Shown here piece by piece: positions 10,201 to 24,600 of a stretch of DNA of 64,000 bases. The notes under the pieces are model-generated. The model had not been told where the DNA came from and did not search any database. It saw only the letters and a program-made list of their open reading frames with translations. The stretch comes from Ophelia neglecta. Its lineage: Eukaryota. The translations under genes and the position numbers were made by a program. The stretch's first letter is position 1, and each line of letters starts with the position of its first letter. The stretch covers positions 100,006,001 to 100,070,000 of the forward strand of contig OZ260661.1 in NCBI GenBank assembly GCA_965285935.1. The letters run 5' to 3'.

Positions 10201-13200
10201 CTTGATACCATCGGATAAATGTAAGTGGGATTTTTTTTGCCTAGAGGTAAGGTTCTTCCCCACATCCTGCTCAACTCATAATTCCAATAGATCTAAAGTA
10301 GGCCTATATTGCGTCATGGGCACGGATTTAGAAAATTCGACCAGTGTACAGTCACCTTATATCTGGCCATTCAGCTGAGGTAAGCATTTGATTCTGTCAC
10401 TGGCACAGATTTAAGTTCGATTGATTTTAAACTACCTAGGAGTCAATTTGACATTTTTATTAAGAATAACCTTTAGGCCTACACAGTGCTTTTTGCGCTC
10501 TTTCCTAGGCCTATACCTTTCACTTATTAGGCCTACCTAACATTCTTTTCGTAAAAAAATGATAAGAACAAAATATCATTTCCCATAATAAAATATCTAG
10601 GCCTGTGTTGATGATATAGCCTAGATACAGACAAAACTGAACTGATTTTAAATCCTTTAAAACTGCCATGATCTTAAGAAGATTTACCGTGACAAGTGAA
10701 AAACCAACTTTTCCACCTGAAATGAATAATGCTGCGCTTCTACCTAAATGCCTGGTATTTTTCTTACGAAGATGCGGATTCATTGATTTGGCCTTTTGTG
10801 AGCAGAATGAACACATCACCTTCAATGTGCGGCTCACTAAAGGCAATTGCCAGAATTATTGTGCAAATATTACTGATTTGCATATCTCCATAAGCAGTGT
10901 TTCCGTAGATAATTTTCACAAAAGGTTTACAAACACGGTGATTTACTCGCCATCACCGCTTTCCACATCTCTTAACCTCGCCTCAGTCAAATGCGGGAAT
11001 TTATTATCCATTGGTAAACACAATAAATCATAATAAACTTGCCATTCTTTGGTGCGAGTCTTGGTTTTCTTTCGGCAATGTCTTTAGATTAGGGAGCTTT
11101 TGTCACCCTCTAGAGCGCTTCTCCTTTTTAACATTACTGCCAGTAACTTGATAAAATGAGCTTAGCACTTCTGATGGGGTTAAAGCAAGCCATATTAACG
11201 ATCGGATAACGTTAGATTGGGGAATGGCGGGATTCGGCACAGTCCAAAGTCAAAAATCCTAATCGAAGAGGACGGATGTCGCCTCTCACAAAGGCTTGGT
11301 TTTTCAGAGAGATTGGGTTAAATCTGCATCTAAAATGTGACATGAAAGGGCACTTGGCACGAATGAATTTAACGGAAATTTTTATTTTGTTTAATATTTG
11401 CATTTTTTAAGGTTTGCACGATAAGCGAGTATTCGAAATTGGAATAATGAATATGCCATAATACCGACGGATACATAATAACTCATCTATTTTCTAAGCT
11501 TAACAGCGGGTGCAAATTTATTTTCAGATCGAATACATGGGTAGAAAATGTACGCCTACCAGTTTAATTAAGTTTTAACTGACATACCTTTAAATATCTT
11601 TAGAAGTAAAACCTAATGCCTATTTAGATTTTTAACTAACACAGTGTAGCAATGAAAATATTTTCGCCCTGGAGGTTAAACTTTTAGTAACCCTTTGCCC
11701 TCCAGATTATTGACCTCTTGATCGAGACGCCATTGGGTCATTATGCTACAAGACACGGCCATATTGTCGTCTGATCTGAACATCGCCTGGGGCTGACCGG
11801 CCAGCGTTTGGCTTTCTTCTGCCAATATGGCGGCCGGCTGCAGACGAGATTTATCAGCCTGGGTGTTCTTTGTACGACGAAGCTTCAACAATCGGCCAGG
11901 TGTGCAATTTGATGGCTTTTTATTGAGTTCTCTTTAATTCTAACTCAAGTCCGATGTTTTGTGTTCTTTGCAGGCCTCTATGTTCCGGGACACGCGCGCT
12001 GAAATTTAAACATTCGTTCCTTTGGGCCAGACATTGTCCAGAGGTTACAACAATGAAGAGAATTTTTCCGACTTCAACAACAGTGGTGCCGTTTGCAACG
12101 CTTTCAGGCAAAAGCCGCGTTAAACATTTAGCTTATGGAACTCCAATATAGGCCTGATGGACGTTATTATACCTATAGGCTCTCTCTAGCTCTGCGTTCA
12201 TTTCTTGGTGATCATCAAGGAGATAAAATACTTTATTAATTGTACTGCATGCGCATATGTATAATTGGTTAGGACCCTACATGGCATATAGGCCTTTATA
12301 GTGTTTTTAACCAATAAAACTAATTTTCAAATTAATATAGGCACTTCGGATCAGAGAAAAGCATGTTCTGTATTCAATCATTGCTTTTATTTGGTCTAGA
12401 AGGGAGCATAGCCTGTAGTAGGCTCATAGCATTGACAGGCATAGGCCTACTCCTATAGGTGTAGAGATATATCTACAACAGGAGGTAAACGCAAAAAGGC
12501 ATTTGCGTACAAACTAACTTTTATTTACGCCTCAAAGTGGCTATACAGAATTTTTTTTTTTCCTAAAATTCTTAAAATGATTTATATAGGCCTCTATAGT
12601 GGGTCGCAGCTTTAATTTTTTTTTCTTCCTGGCTAAGCCCCTGAATGAGTGAACACCACGCTATGTGTTGAAGCAACGGGATAACAAAATATATATAGTC
12701 CTACATTCTGTTTTTACAGGGGTCATAGTACTGAATAGATTTGCCATTATGATTCTCGAGCTCTGCGAATAGCACTGGCTTACGTGTAGATTTTGATATA
12801 ATACCTACAAGCAGACGGAATGCAATTCAAGGAATGCACCCTCTTATCGAAAACAATGAATTGGGCCTAACGATTTAACTGAATAATATAAAGATCTATT
12901 GACCTAGGCCTACTCACTTTTTTGTGTTAGCTAATTAACCCTCTTTTTCATAGTTGAAATGTGTTTCAGGCCAAACGGTTTATGAGTCATTTTATCTGAC
13001 TTCGCTGGGAAAGGCAGGATAGATTGGAGAAACTGGGACATTCTACTGAGATACAAACAAGAGGTTTATCTTGGTTATTATCCACCATTTTCTGGCCAAT
13101 TTCATCTTGTGTGATATATGGAAAATGAGCTGTCGCTGGGGAACGAAGCCGGAAACTAGTGGTGATAAAATTCATCAGTTGCTATCTGTGGTCCGCCATG

Positions 13201-15593
13201 AGCGGGGCAGACGACAGGCTGAGTGGGCCTCAAGTATGATGGATTAGGCCCGGCTAATCGTTAATTTTATCTTTCATCGAGAGGACCTCCTAATTTGTCG
13301 TCCAAATCTCTCGGCGTGACATAATGCTGATATAATTACACCTATTTTAATTTCATCTCAGATTCAACATGAATAAAATTGACAACGGCTGGTCATATTT
13401 CACGTTTCAGGTGATTGACTTTTTTGAGGTTTATATTAGACCTATCACTTTTGCTCCTCCTAAAGCCGCAGGTATACTTGTATCAGGATAGTAGAGTAGC
13501 AATAATGCGAAAAAAATCCCCCCTATACTATATAATGCTTATCTTTACATATTATATACTATATAGGGGTTTTTTTGGCGATATTTTTAACTCAGTTCAT
13601 AATACAAGTACCTGTCAGTATAAGCTGCTAAACCAGACTTCATTCCTTGTTCAGATTTAAACCGGAACATATTAATGACGTTATTTTAACGTCTTATCCC
13701 CTTAATGAACCGGATCTGCACTTTTACCCAAACAAGACGTATACTCGCATTTTTTTCGTATAGCTTACATTTATCACCTATAAAGGCACAGAGGTTTGAA
13801 TATCATTCTGTCATGATCAGTGAAAAATACCAGGTCCGGCATGGCTTACATGTAATGCGTATATAGACCTAGACAATAGTTATTGAACTTGTTATAAATA
13901 ATCCTGCAGATAACGACAGCGGGTGACCTAGAGTCGAGGTAGCATTTTATCGCCCACTCTGATAGAGGCCAAAGCAGTTAGGCATATGTCATATATCTTA
14001 TTACACTAAAGAGCCGATATATGTCCCCTTAGTCTTATTGCCCGTGATATTGACAAACTTCTCAATACTGATACGACAGGGGAACCAATTGGCAAATTTA
14101 CACGTGTTGAAGCCCCGAAACAAAAACATTGCGTGAACTATGTGTATACTTTTGATTATCTAGTGTTTGCATACGACCAGTGTCAACTATGTTTATTGCG
14201 ACTACTCGAAATAATATGTATTTTATCAACAGGTAAACAAAATGGAAATGGTCCAACTATATAGTGATAAATTGTATTGTATACACACAGACCTCACAAT
14301 ACTTACAAGGCCCGCCTCTAAGTGGCCTTCTTATCCTGAGCTCCAATTGGTGCACAAACTTTCTCCCCTTTGAAGCATCTGATTGTTTTCTAAGATTCTT
14401 CATCTAATCTGCTGAATAGCTATCTAAATATTGCCTGCCAGATCAAACATTCCATCATTAAGTCGACAGGGGTGCTGTTGACACCTTACTCCACATTTCT
14501 GTGCTACGGTAGGAATATATATTTATTACCAACTTACTCATTGTATCCGGAAATGCGGTGAAAAAAAACATCTTCAGATTTAATGTTCGTGCTTTCAGTG
14601 GTTAACTGCCAAACCTGTTGCACATTGAAGGGACTAGAAATAAGAAGCAAGGTTAGGAACAAGTAATCATCCCGATGAGTTTACAGGTAAAGCGGTCAAG
14701 TACGTGGACGAAGTATAAACCAGTCGGAAAAATTCTATTGACTTAGATCTATATACTAAATAAAATTGAAGAGCATTTGCCGCAGACTATAAAAGGTTGG
14801 TCGTTACATACAGTTCATTGTTCACAATATACATAGGCCTACACCCAACAGGAGGAATAATATCTAAACTTGAAACGCTTCTATGTTTCAAGTGTATCTA
14901 TTTAAAAGAATGACATATGTGATATTCATGCACTGAAGCCCTCTTGAATATTTTAGAATTTATTTATGACACTATAAGAGCATCAGACCTTATGGTTTCC
15001 TAGCCTGTACTGTGCCACCGTGATTTTAGTAGTTTTATGTTGTACCTGGTATATTTTAGAGGCTTAAGCTGGACGCCTTCTACCATTCAACAACAATACC
15101 CTGGCGGAAATAAACATAAGAATTTGTCATCGGTCTTGTGAAAGAGTCCGAAGTGATCGACGTAGCTCCCGTGTAGGCCTACCTGCGATCATGTCATGTG
15201 CGCAGAGATATTGCAACCACGACCCGGGCTTTATCGATTCGTCTTTTACGGTCCATTTTGCATCGCCAATCCTAAATGTGTCAGAAATGTAGAGGTCCTC
15301 TGCAACAGCTGTCCTTGTATTCAAGCTGAATAAACATCACTGGGAAATAGAAGCAACCCTTGACTCTATGACGCAAGTTATTTTCTTGAGCTGTTGGTTT
15401 GATTAAAATATAGGTGGACACGTCCCATCTTAAGTAGAAAATTTAAATTCAGGTGAGTATTAGACGCGATGCTTCCGGGGAAAAACAATGTTGGAGAGGA
15501 ACTTTAATTTTGAAAGCTTTCACCTTAAAAGATCATCTTTCCGGAAAAGTAGGATGTTGTGTAGAGACCTAATGTTGAAGATTCAGACCACGC

Positions 15594-15616
15594 GGGGGGG
15601 GGGGGGGGGGGGGGGG
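15594..15616 (+). repeat. G23 homopolymer
   Basis: 23 consecutive G. Confidence 0.9.
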
Positions 15617-18600
15617 CTTAAACGGCCACTTAAGGCAACTTCAATTAGTCTGATAACCCAGGAAGGTCAATAGGCCATATATCACGATGATGTAATAAAA
15701 TCAATGGTTTATCGCTATGACGTCATACAGCCTAGGCATATAGGATTTTCCCGATCCCCCAGGGCGCAATTTAGGCTATTATTATTATGCCTAGCTGTGT
15801 AAAATGTAATATCATGTGTAACCTTTATTTAAGTTCTTGCCGGTTGAGTTTATTATTATAGAAGCAAATATTGCTCTTTCCTCTGCGCGGGGGTCATCAA
15901 GAGCTTAAGCTATCTCTGTGTGTTTGATAAACCTATACCGGTTATTAAGGCCAGACAGGTGCACGTATAAAGCACATTCTGTAACAAAACGAAACGAACA
16001 TCCCCGCAAGCATATCTAGTCTCGTGTGAGCTTTCATTGTCAAACACATTCTGTAAAACACAAATCGAAGGAAGTATTGTGCACAAATATAATTATGCAA
16101 ATGGCGCATTTCGGTCGTGCCTTCCGACCCATTTCTGACAGCATTTAAGGCATTTTATGAGCATAACTGTGCTCTCGGAGGGTGAATGACCCCGGCTACC
16201 CAGTGAGGATCATGACCTTTGATTTTCCATTGGTTTCACCTGTGTCGGTCGCGTGGAATCTCCAGCCGAGATAATATTGACCGCCCGCCCAGCTAATTCA
16301 CAACTGTAAATTAATGAACTGGGCCCGACACTAAAGAGATCTCGCTCTGGCCATCAAGTGATAAATTGAACGCCAGGTTTAATTCAATTTAACCACCAAT
16401 CATCTAAATAGCTTTCGATGTTCACCACGAGCCCTCGACAACTGTCTGAACACAAGAAATTAGGCTTCAAGCGTTCATGATATAAATGGTCGATTGTTGG
16501 GGTCCAGACGCACTACTGCTCTTTTTGAAAAGAACACTTATTGCTCAAATATCGTGACCACTTCTAGCAGTTGGGTTTTCATTTGACCACAACCGAATCC
16601 CTTTAATCACAGGTCACAATTGGATCAACCAAGCTTTATTTTAATGAAATATCTGGCTTTCACCCCAGTCATTTACTAATTTGTCCCGATTTGTATGGGC
16701 AAGGAGTAGATGCTGCAATGAGTACTATCAGTCAGCAAACATCGCCATTTACAGGCGGCGAAATCCTATAAGCCGATGTGCAAAGTTTTCGGCTGGTTTT
16801 ATGCCCGGATCAATACACTGAGTGCACGAGTAAATACACATCGTTTGGCGTGTTTTATTTTCCAATGGTCGACAAAGTCAACACTGAGAAATTCAAATAA
16901 AAATCTCATATATTACTGGCCGAGAGCGGGGAACGTTTACTTAAGTTATCAGACTATCGATGCACTCCATTTCCAGACGCTGCTGGTTGGTTTCGCCACC
17001 TTTCCCTGGTCTAAGGTGGTTTATACGTTGCCAAAGTCCTATATTATAGTGAATTTGGGTGTGGAAGTGTGTTAGTCGTCCGACAAGGTGACCAATTTTG
17101 GACCTAATTGCCAGAAAAGATCAAAAATGGCCGAGAAAGTGGTGCGTGCGCAGACAAAGACGAGAAAGACGGGAATCCAAAGCACCAAGGTGTCATGGCG
17201 GCACTCGAGGTACGCTGTTTTCATTTGTTCCTTTCCAATTTCCTTGCTTCTGAAATTTTATTATTCTACTGGGGCTTTAACTAGAATAGGCCGAGATCCC
17301 ATTTAGTGTCATTGCCAAGAGAAAAACTAAATTACCTGCACTTAAGCGCAATTTGCCCTCTTTCACCAAGTAATATATTATAACATTGGCTCCCATAGTG
17401 CGACAAAACAGGCGGGCGCAAGGACATACAGAATAATTGTGTTTCAGGACATTGTCTGGCACCCTTCATCCAATAATGGCAAGGGGAAATTGATGAATTT
17501 TGGGAGATTTTCCTGTCGGGTTCGGCAGTTTTCTTCCAACTTAGCTAAAATGAAATGGGCTTTCAGAACCGAGCCAATCTCGCTGCTATTCTGAGGGGAG
17601 CGAGGGGATTGATGGGAACACTTCATTAATTGATGGAAACTCAATTTATCTGCAATGTAAATACCCTGGCTCATGTCGTGGAGGCCCCTTTCCATTACAA
17701 CTCTAATCAGGCGTATTGGGGAGAGATGCCGAAGCAAAGTACTTCCATTCTCCTTCTCCTCCTCTGATCCCATTTAGGCTGGGAATACTCATTTACTCAC
17801 TTCCCCTGGGAATTCTTCGCCGCAGAAACTGTTCAGCGGAAAAGAGAAACAAAGCCCGCAATATTCTCCCGATCACTGCTCTCGCCAACTACCCCGAAGA
17901 CCAAACAGACGACAGTTGGCTAATAACGGCGGGAAATAGCCGCAGGGATATTACAGTCATCCAAATGGAAGGACGTATTGCTCCGCTACTCGAAAATGTT
18001 GACGACCCGACCGAGTCAACCGTGTATTGCACAGAGGAGAGCAATATTCTTTTATTGAAAACGTCTTACACACTAGAACGAGGGACGATAAGGTGGTATG
18101 GAAAATAATCAGATTAAAGGAGAGTATTTAGGTCGCGCGAAGACGGGGAAGGTTAGCGGCAGACTTTGGACGCTGAGTCGGTGATTTTTTTTACCACCGA
18201 CAATTCCTTGGCCCGATGACATTGCAACAAATTTAAGCGCCTAAACGCCAATGGTATCTTTTATTTTGCGTCAAAACACTCATTTTGATCCCCTATATCA
18301 TTACCCAACAAGTTAAGGATAACCAGAAGGCTGAACTCCGATCATTTATATGCTAGGCCTATTGGGCCTAGGCCTATAAGTTTATATATTGAATGCTTTA
18401 CTTGTTATACGGGCGAAATTTTTCCTTGGATATCAATGGGTCTATATGCACTGTTGCTCAACCCTTTATTTGTTGAAGCTATAGTTAGGCCTATAGTGTA
18501 TAGAGACTATCAGGGCCTGCTATTATACTCATGTTAAAAAAGAAAATCCAAAAACCGTCAGCGCACCTATAATGTATACATATTATGCGTACATGTAGGC

Positions 18601-21600
18601 CTAAATAGACATAGTGACTATATTAATAGGCCTTCTCTATAAATTATGTTGTTTCAACTGGAATGGCATTTAATAAATCATGCTGCACTATTTATAAATG
18701 TTTTAGTATGAACATATTTACTTCCAGATGAGACAAGTAATATCCTTGTACAAGTACTGACCCCTTTTGCTAGAAAAAAAAACTAGACTAAGTTAGGCCC
18801 TATATATATAAGATCTAAGATTTTTCTTATCTTATAGAGTTGGGGTGTTGAAACAAACTATATGATGAAACTTGCTAGGCAAAACCTGGGCATGTTGGCT
18901 TGTTTGAAATTCAAAAAATGTGCCATTATGTATATCTCAAAAATATTCACATCTGCTTAAAAATTCAAGCTTTATCATTGATGTCAACTTTTGCAATGGT
19001 CATACATTAATAGTGACATTAATTGTGCACAGCATTTTTTAGCCTCTTATTGTGATACTTAGAGGATATGTACATTATTATTTCCAAACTTGGACTGAAG
19101 CAACCTTACTACCTTGCTTGGGTTTAAGTCATACTACAGAAAATAATCAGAATAAACTAACTCAAGAATATTTCAGCACAGCTTCAAATCTTAGTCTCAA
19201 ATTCTACCCAAATTCAAGACGAGACTGAGCAAGGGACCATTTTATTCCAAGTAAAACACTCGGCCAAGTTGTATTAAATTTTCTAGCCCCTGGGGCCTGG
19301 TCAACCATGATATCTTAAGTCGCTATAGGCCTATAGGCCTATTAGTGCGCAAATATATAGATATATATATATCTATAGTTATACCTGCTGGATTCCGACG
19401 TTCCTCCAACATAATACACAGGCCTTGACATCATAAATAGTCGTTGTTGTTATCTCGAGTATGTGTCCGCCAATTGTAATTATTTTCAAGATATATCTAT
19501 AGCCCTATACCTATAGCAAAATGCCAGTGGGTTTAGGCATAATCTGCTTTCGAAATTACCGCTAAACCGCCGTATATTCACACAAACTAAAAGTTTGATG
19601 CGCTTTTTTCCCAGGCTCCACTGTCCTGGATGAAGCCTCGAGGTCGGTGCGATCGAAACTCTGGTATTTTATCGCCAATTTGCTGTAATCAAAAGCCATA
19701 TTAAATCTAAAATGTTCTCAATAAATATATAATTTGTTCGATCTGCAGAAGTATATATTTTTGTGCTAATATCGTGGGAATGTCGATCGGGAAAGAATAA
19801 ATATTCACCACAACTATGCATGTGGATATTTTTTTCACAAAAAATTGCTTGTTGGCTTTAGGTATAATAATCAACCACTTCTCGATAATAGAATTCGGTC
19901 AAATTATTCTACGTTCTACGTTACCCTGGAAAACCAAGGCTATTACCCTAATTTTTATGCCTATTGAATTCTTTTAGACTATTTAAGCCTAACCGATATA
20001 GGCCTATAACCCTACTGGCTAGGCCCACGAATGATAATTTCACGCTGATTGTTAGCATCTATAAGTGGAATTATTTTCGGTTTCCTTTATTTCTCAGTTT
20101 AAACGGTTCCATATGATGATATCATCAGACCAGTCCACTCATTCACGGAAGCTATGATATAGAAACATTAGCGCGAACTATAATGTACAATAAGGCCCGT
20201 AGCCGTAGAGTATGCATAAATAGGCCTCCTGATAAAGTCATAGTCAATGAAAATACCTATTCTGTAGGCTATGTTTATAAATAATCCGAACTTTAACTCT
20301 GCCACAGGCGATTAGATGCCTAAATATTCCATAAATAAGCATCGATACCATTACACACAGTCACATTGGACCCCGAATCTAGTGTAATGCTCGACTATAT
20401 AGGCCTAGCCCTGAGAAGATGTCATTTAATTATTCTTTTGGCCATTACGTCAATATATATAAATATATATAGACCAATATTGTTGTATGATTATATGCAT
20501 ATAGGCCTATTCCTATATGGAATAAAGATCTCTCGACTTTATTCTATATTATATTATTTGTTCTCTTCTTGATTGGTCCAGTTGTACTAGACTTCTTCTA
20601 TACACTCCAGCTTCCTCGCTTGCAAGAGCGATATGTTGACCAGAATTTGTTTCTTTTGCCAATTCCACGGAAACCGTTGTTTAAAAAGTGTGGCTCAGGG
20701 AGGGGGAGGCACGGGAGGGGCAGGCAAAAAGGGCCGAACTGTTATTCTTTCTGGCGACACTGAGGTATGGTAAGAAGTTAATCCAGGTTATATTATATTA
20801 AAATGACTCTCTTCATTAAAATGGTGAAAAAAGGTCTATGTTGAATTTATTAAATTCATGGGACAACGGGCAAAAGGGGTGAACGGAATCGATGTTGAAA
20901 CCCACTTGATCAAAGAAATTAAAAATTATTTATCACTTCCAGAATAGGAAGCTTTCTATAAGTGTGCCCTTATGTAATATTAAGCAATGGAGCAAATGGC
21001 AATTTTTGGTTAAAATAAAAAACTCCTTGGGTGAAATGCTAAAAATGATAATTCTTCTTGGATGCTTTTATTCTCCGTTAGCCAACCATCGGGCCGGTTT
21101 AGTATGCACGCTCCCGTTTGGCACAGTTGTTATTCGCCAAAATATACGAATTATTGGTCAATGATCTGGCAAATGCATCTATAGGCCTAAGGTTTATAGG
21201 CATATATTTATATATAATATATATAGGCCTACTGTTTACATAAACTATTATACTGAAAATTCACAAAACAATCACTGGAAACAAAGGACACCCTATTTAC
21301 TGATTCCTATAGGCCAATAGGCCGTGTCATCGCTATTTTTCGACTCTCGTGCAGCTCTGCCAGTCCAAGAACCCTTTAGGAATAGGCCTATTTTTTCATG
21401 TGTGTGTTTTTTTTTATGGTTCGTGGGCCTAACACAACGCCCCGAAATAGGCGTATAACAATGTAGGCGTGCGCTTATGTGAAATTAGCCCCTTTCTGCT
21501 GAATCAAGACATTGTTGTTTGCCTAGAGCTCAGTTTTACCGGAGCCATGTGGGTCTGGGCCTACTATAGGCTGAACTATATAATCTATAGGCTAGCCCAC

Positions 21601-24600
21601 ATATAGGTTAAGTTGTATCAATTGCCAGATGAGCGGACCATTAGATAAATTATAATGTTATATCAGCAATAAAATATTGTCAGCCTCAAAGTAAATAAAA
21701 ATGACCAGCCTCTAGGTGGAAATTGTAGCAATACAAAGAGATTTGTGAAAATTATCCAATTTATAACTATTTATTCAGCGGTCATTGACATGATAATTGG
21801 CTGGCTAGTTCAGTTTGTTATCTCTCTCTTTATTTGCAGTAATGATCGTATTTATTCCAGGTTGGCGTTCAAGGCAGATATTTACCACGATGGCGGAGAA
21901 AATTGCGATTTGACCAGCATAGCCGTGCCGTAAGTCTCCTTTGCACGTATCTCTACAATATGTGATTATAACAGGCATATATTTATGTGAGGTGCATTAA
22001 TTTTTTCCACAAAACATACACAATAATAGGCCCAGGCCTATCCCATTTTTAGACCATGCGGCGTACTCACTTGTAGCCATCTGCGATCTATAGCCACACC
22101 CCACCACCCTTTGTTTTACAGAGTAACTGCATGTTTACGTTTTCACCTTTTCACTGCAATTGCCATGCATAGAGTAATTGGAAAAAGTTTCCCTTTTATA
22201 GATTCGATCCCACTAAACTGTCAAGCCGCGATCAAATTCTGTTGCCGAGAATCTCGATCAACCCGTTGCGCGGGTAACAACCGAAATGCGATCTGCCTGA
22301 GCGCTGTGTCGTCTGCATGCATAATTTATGACGCGTATCATCAAGGAGAATAAACGAGAACAAGAGAATATGGCAATGCATCTAAAAGCCCTGGCATTAC
22401 ATGATTTACAGCGATCGTGGAAATATCTTCTCAAGTTCCATGGTGTGCTAATGTGCTGCTTTCACAACCACTGCGCACTCTATTCCAATGGTAATTATCA
22501 ATATTCGCCCAGGCCAATCCGGCGGCGTTTCGAGATTGTATTATTTCCACTATAAGGAACATGCATGCGTTTTACTGTACAGTTCTTATGTGCACAACAC
22601 TGATGCCATGACAAGTTTTATAGGCCTGTCCCAACATTTCCTTGAATAATTCCTGTGTGTCCCTGCCTATAAATCACACGAAATGTGCTCTTAATTTTAC
22701 CCTAAATGCTTGGAACAATAATGTCTGGTCCCGAGATGTGCTCGCCTTATTCCAAGAATGGAATATTTTAATCGAATCATAGCTGACTGTTGATTGTACA
22801 TTGCCTATATACTTATTAAAGAAATCACACGCCCACTTGAATATGAAAATGGCCGAATTCCTCGCTATCTAGCCCCTATCTGATATTCTGTTTTTACGGC
22901 CAAGATTAAACTAAAATCACTCTGATTCTGAATAATCCGCGTATCCCCCTTCAGAATGGCATTAATCCAGATGGGATTATAAGAATAATTTTGCTCTCCT
23001 AAAACCAGATTTGACACTTAAGCTGCAAAAAGCGATTGATTTGCTCTAATACGTTCCCTCGAATATCGGAATTGTGTCAGCAGAGTTCTGGAGAGATGTA
23101 ATCGTGATGGGATTACCACGGCAATAGTCAATTGTAATTTTATCTGAATAGAAACATCTGCACAATTTCGACAAATCAGTTGATAAATTTCGAAGGTGGC
23201 TTGTCGGCTAGAAGTGGTAGGCCTATTTGAAGTAAGGACTTTGTATCTAATGGTCTGTCCATTGACAATGATCTGAACGCGATGAATATTCTAGTTAATA
23301 AATTAATACAATATTCTAAAAGTAAAAGAGTCAATAACACTGTATAAGGTCTAGTAATCTCACACAATGTTTTTCGTCTGCGTTCAAGATAAAACAGAAA
23401 AACTGCATGGTTATGTTTACTTGTAATGTAGGCTTACTTATTGTTATACAATTACCCTTCTATCTCTGAAAATGGGATAAACAAAACCGGTCAGTTTACA
23501 GTAAGATTTGATCATCGAGTAGGCTAACAGTCAAACCCAGTTGTATTGGCTGTTGACTTGCGTGTGGTCCGTATACCTGGTGGAAGATGATTTCAACCCG
23601 ACATCTGCAAAAAAATCTAAATGAATTTTTCTCCGAGGTAGGCCCAGATGAATTGAAACTAATGGAATATTTTATTCAATGATTTCTAGGGTCAGGGGTT
23701 GACATCTTTTCTTCCTAGTGGAAGACTGTCAATTCATAACACGCCACAATAAAGTATGTCCCATCCTGGCGTTTTTCCTATAGCAGTTTTTCAATAGAAC
23801 CCGGGTCACTTTATGAAAAACTATATTCTAGTCAAGGCTGGCTTTTCAATGTCGGCATTGTAATTGTAAAAGGGTCTTCTCGTTTTCATCCGTCCCAGGT
23901 TATACTCTCCTCAAAGTGAAATTCTCCTTGCCTTTGTGAGTGGAGTTTGTATTGGATATGTCATTAATTCCCTGCGCACACAGCAAAATGAAGTGCCGTA
24001 CACATTTTAATAGGGCCTCGAAGATGGCAAATGCGAGTTTTCCATGCTATGTCACGAACTTGGTATTCCCACCAACGTAGAACTGTGTAGAACATACACG
24101 ATTGGCCTATAAGGCCAGGTGAATGCATGGCCGGAATTAAAGTGACTCGAATCCATGCATGCTTAGCTTCTCAAAAAAGTCGATTGATAAATTTCCTTTT
24201 CCCTCAATGATTGCCTTTAGTACCGAGTTAGGTTTATAAGCAATTTGTCAGGGACCATAGAGTCAAAACAAGCTGAAGTTTTTGAAATCATATATACTAA
24301 CACATTTTAAGACAATATAGTCTTTGTTTAGGAATAAAATATGCCTTTGTGTCTTTAATTTGTTGTTCTTCTCCAGCTATAGTTATGTGTTGAACCAAAA
24401 AAATGCCATCAAACGCCGCCGTCACTTTGAAGTTTATCATTGATAGTCGCTTAACACCCAACTGGATATTGGAAAACAATTTTCTTCATTTAATCACAGA
24501 GGTGTTAATGAAGTCTGGAAGTAGAGATAAACATGGGCCTCATTATCGCCCTTTGTCCATGGATACATACTCCATTTATATCCAAACACGTGTTTACCTT

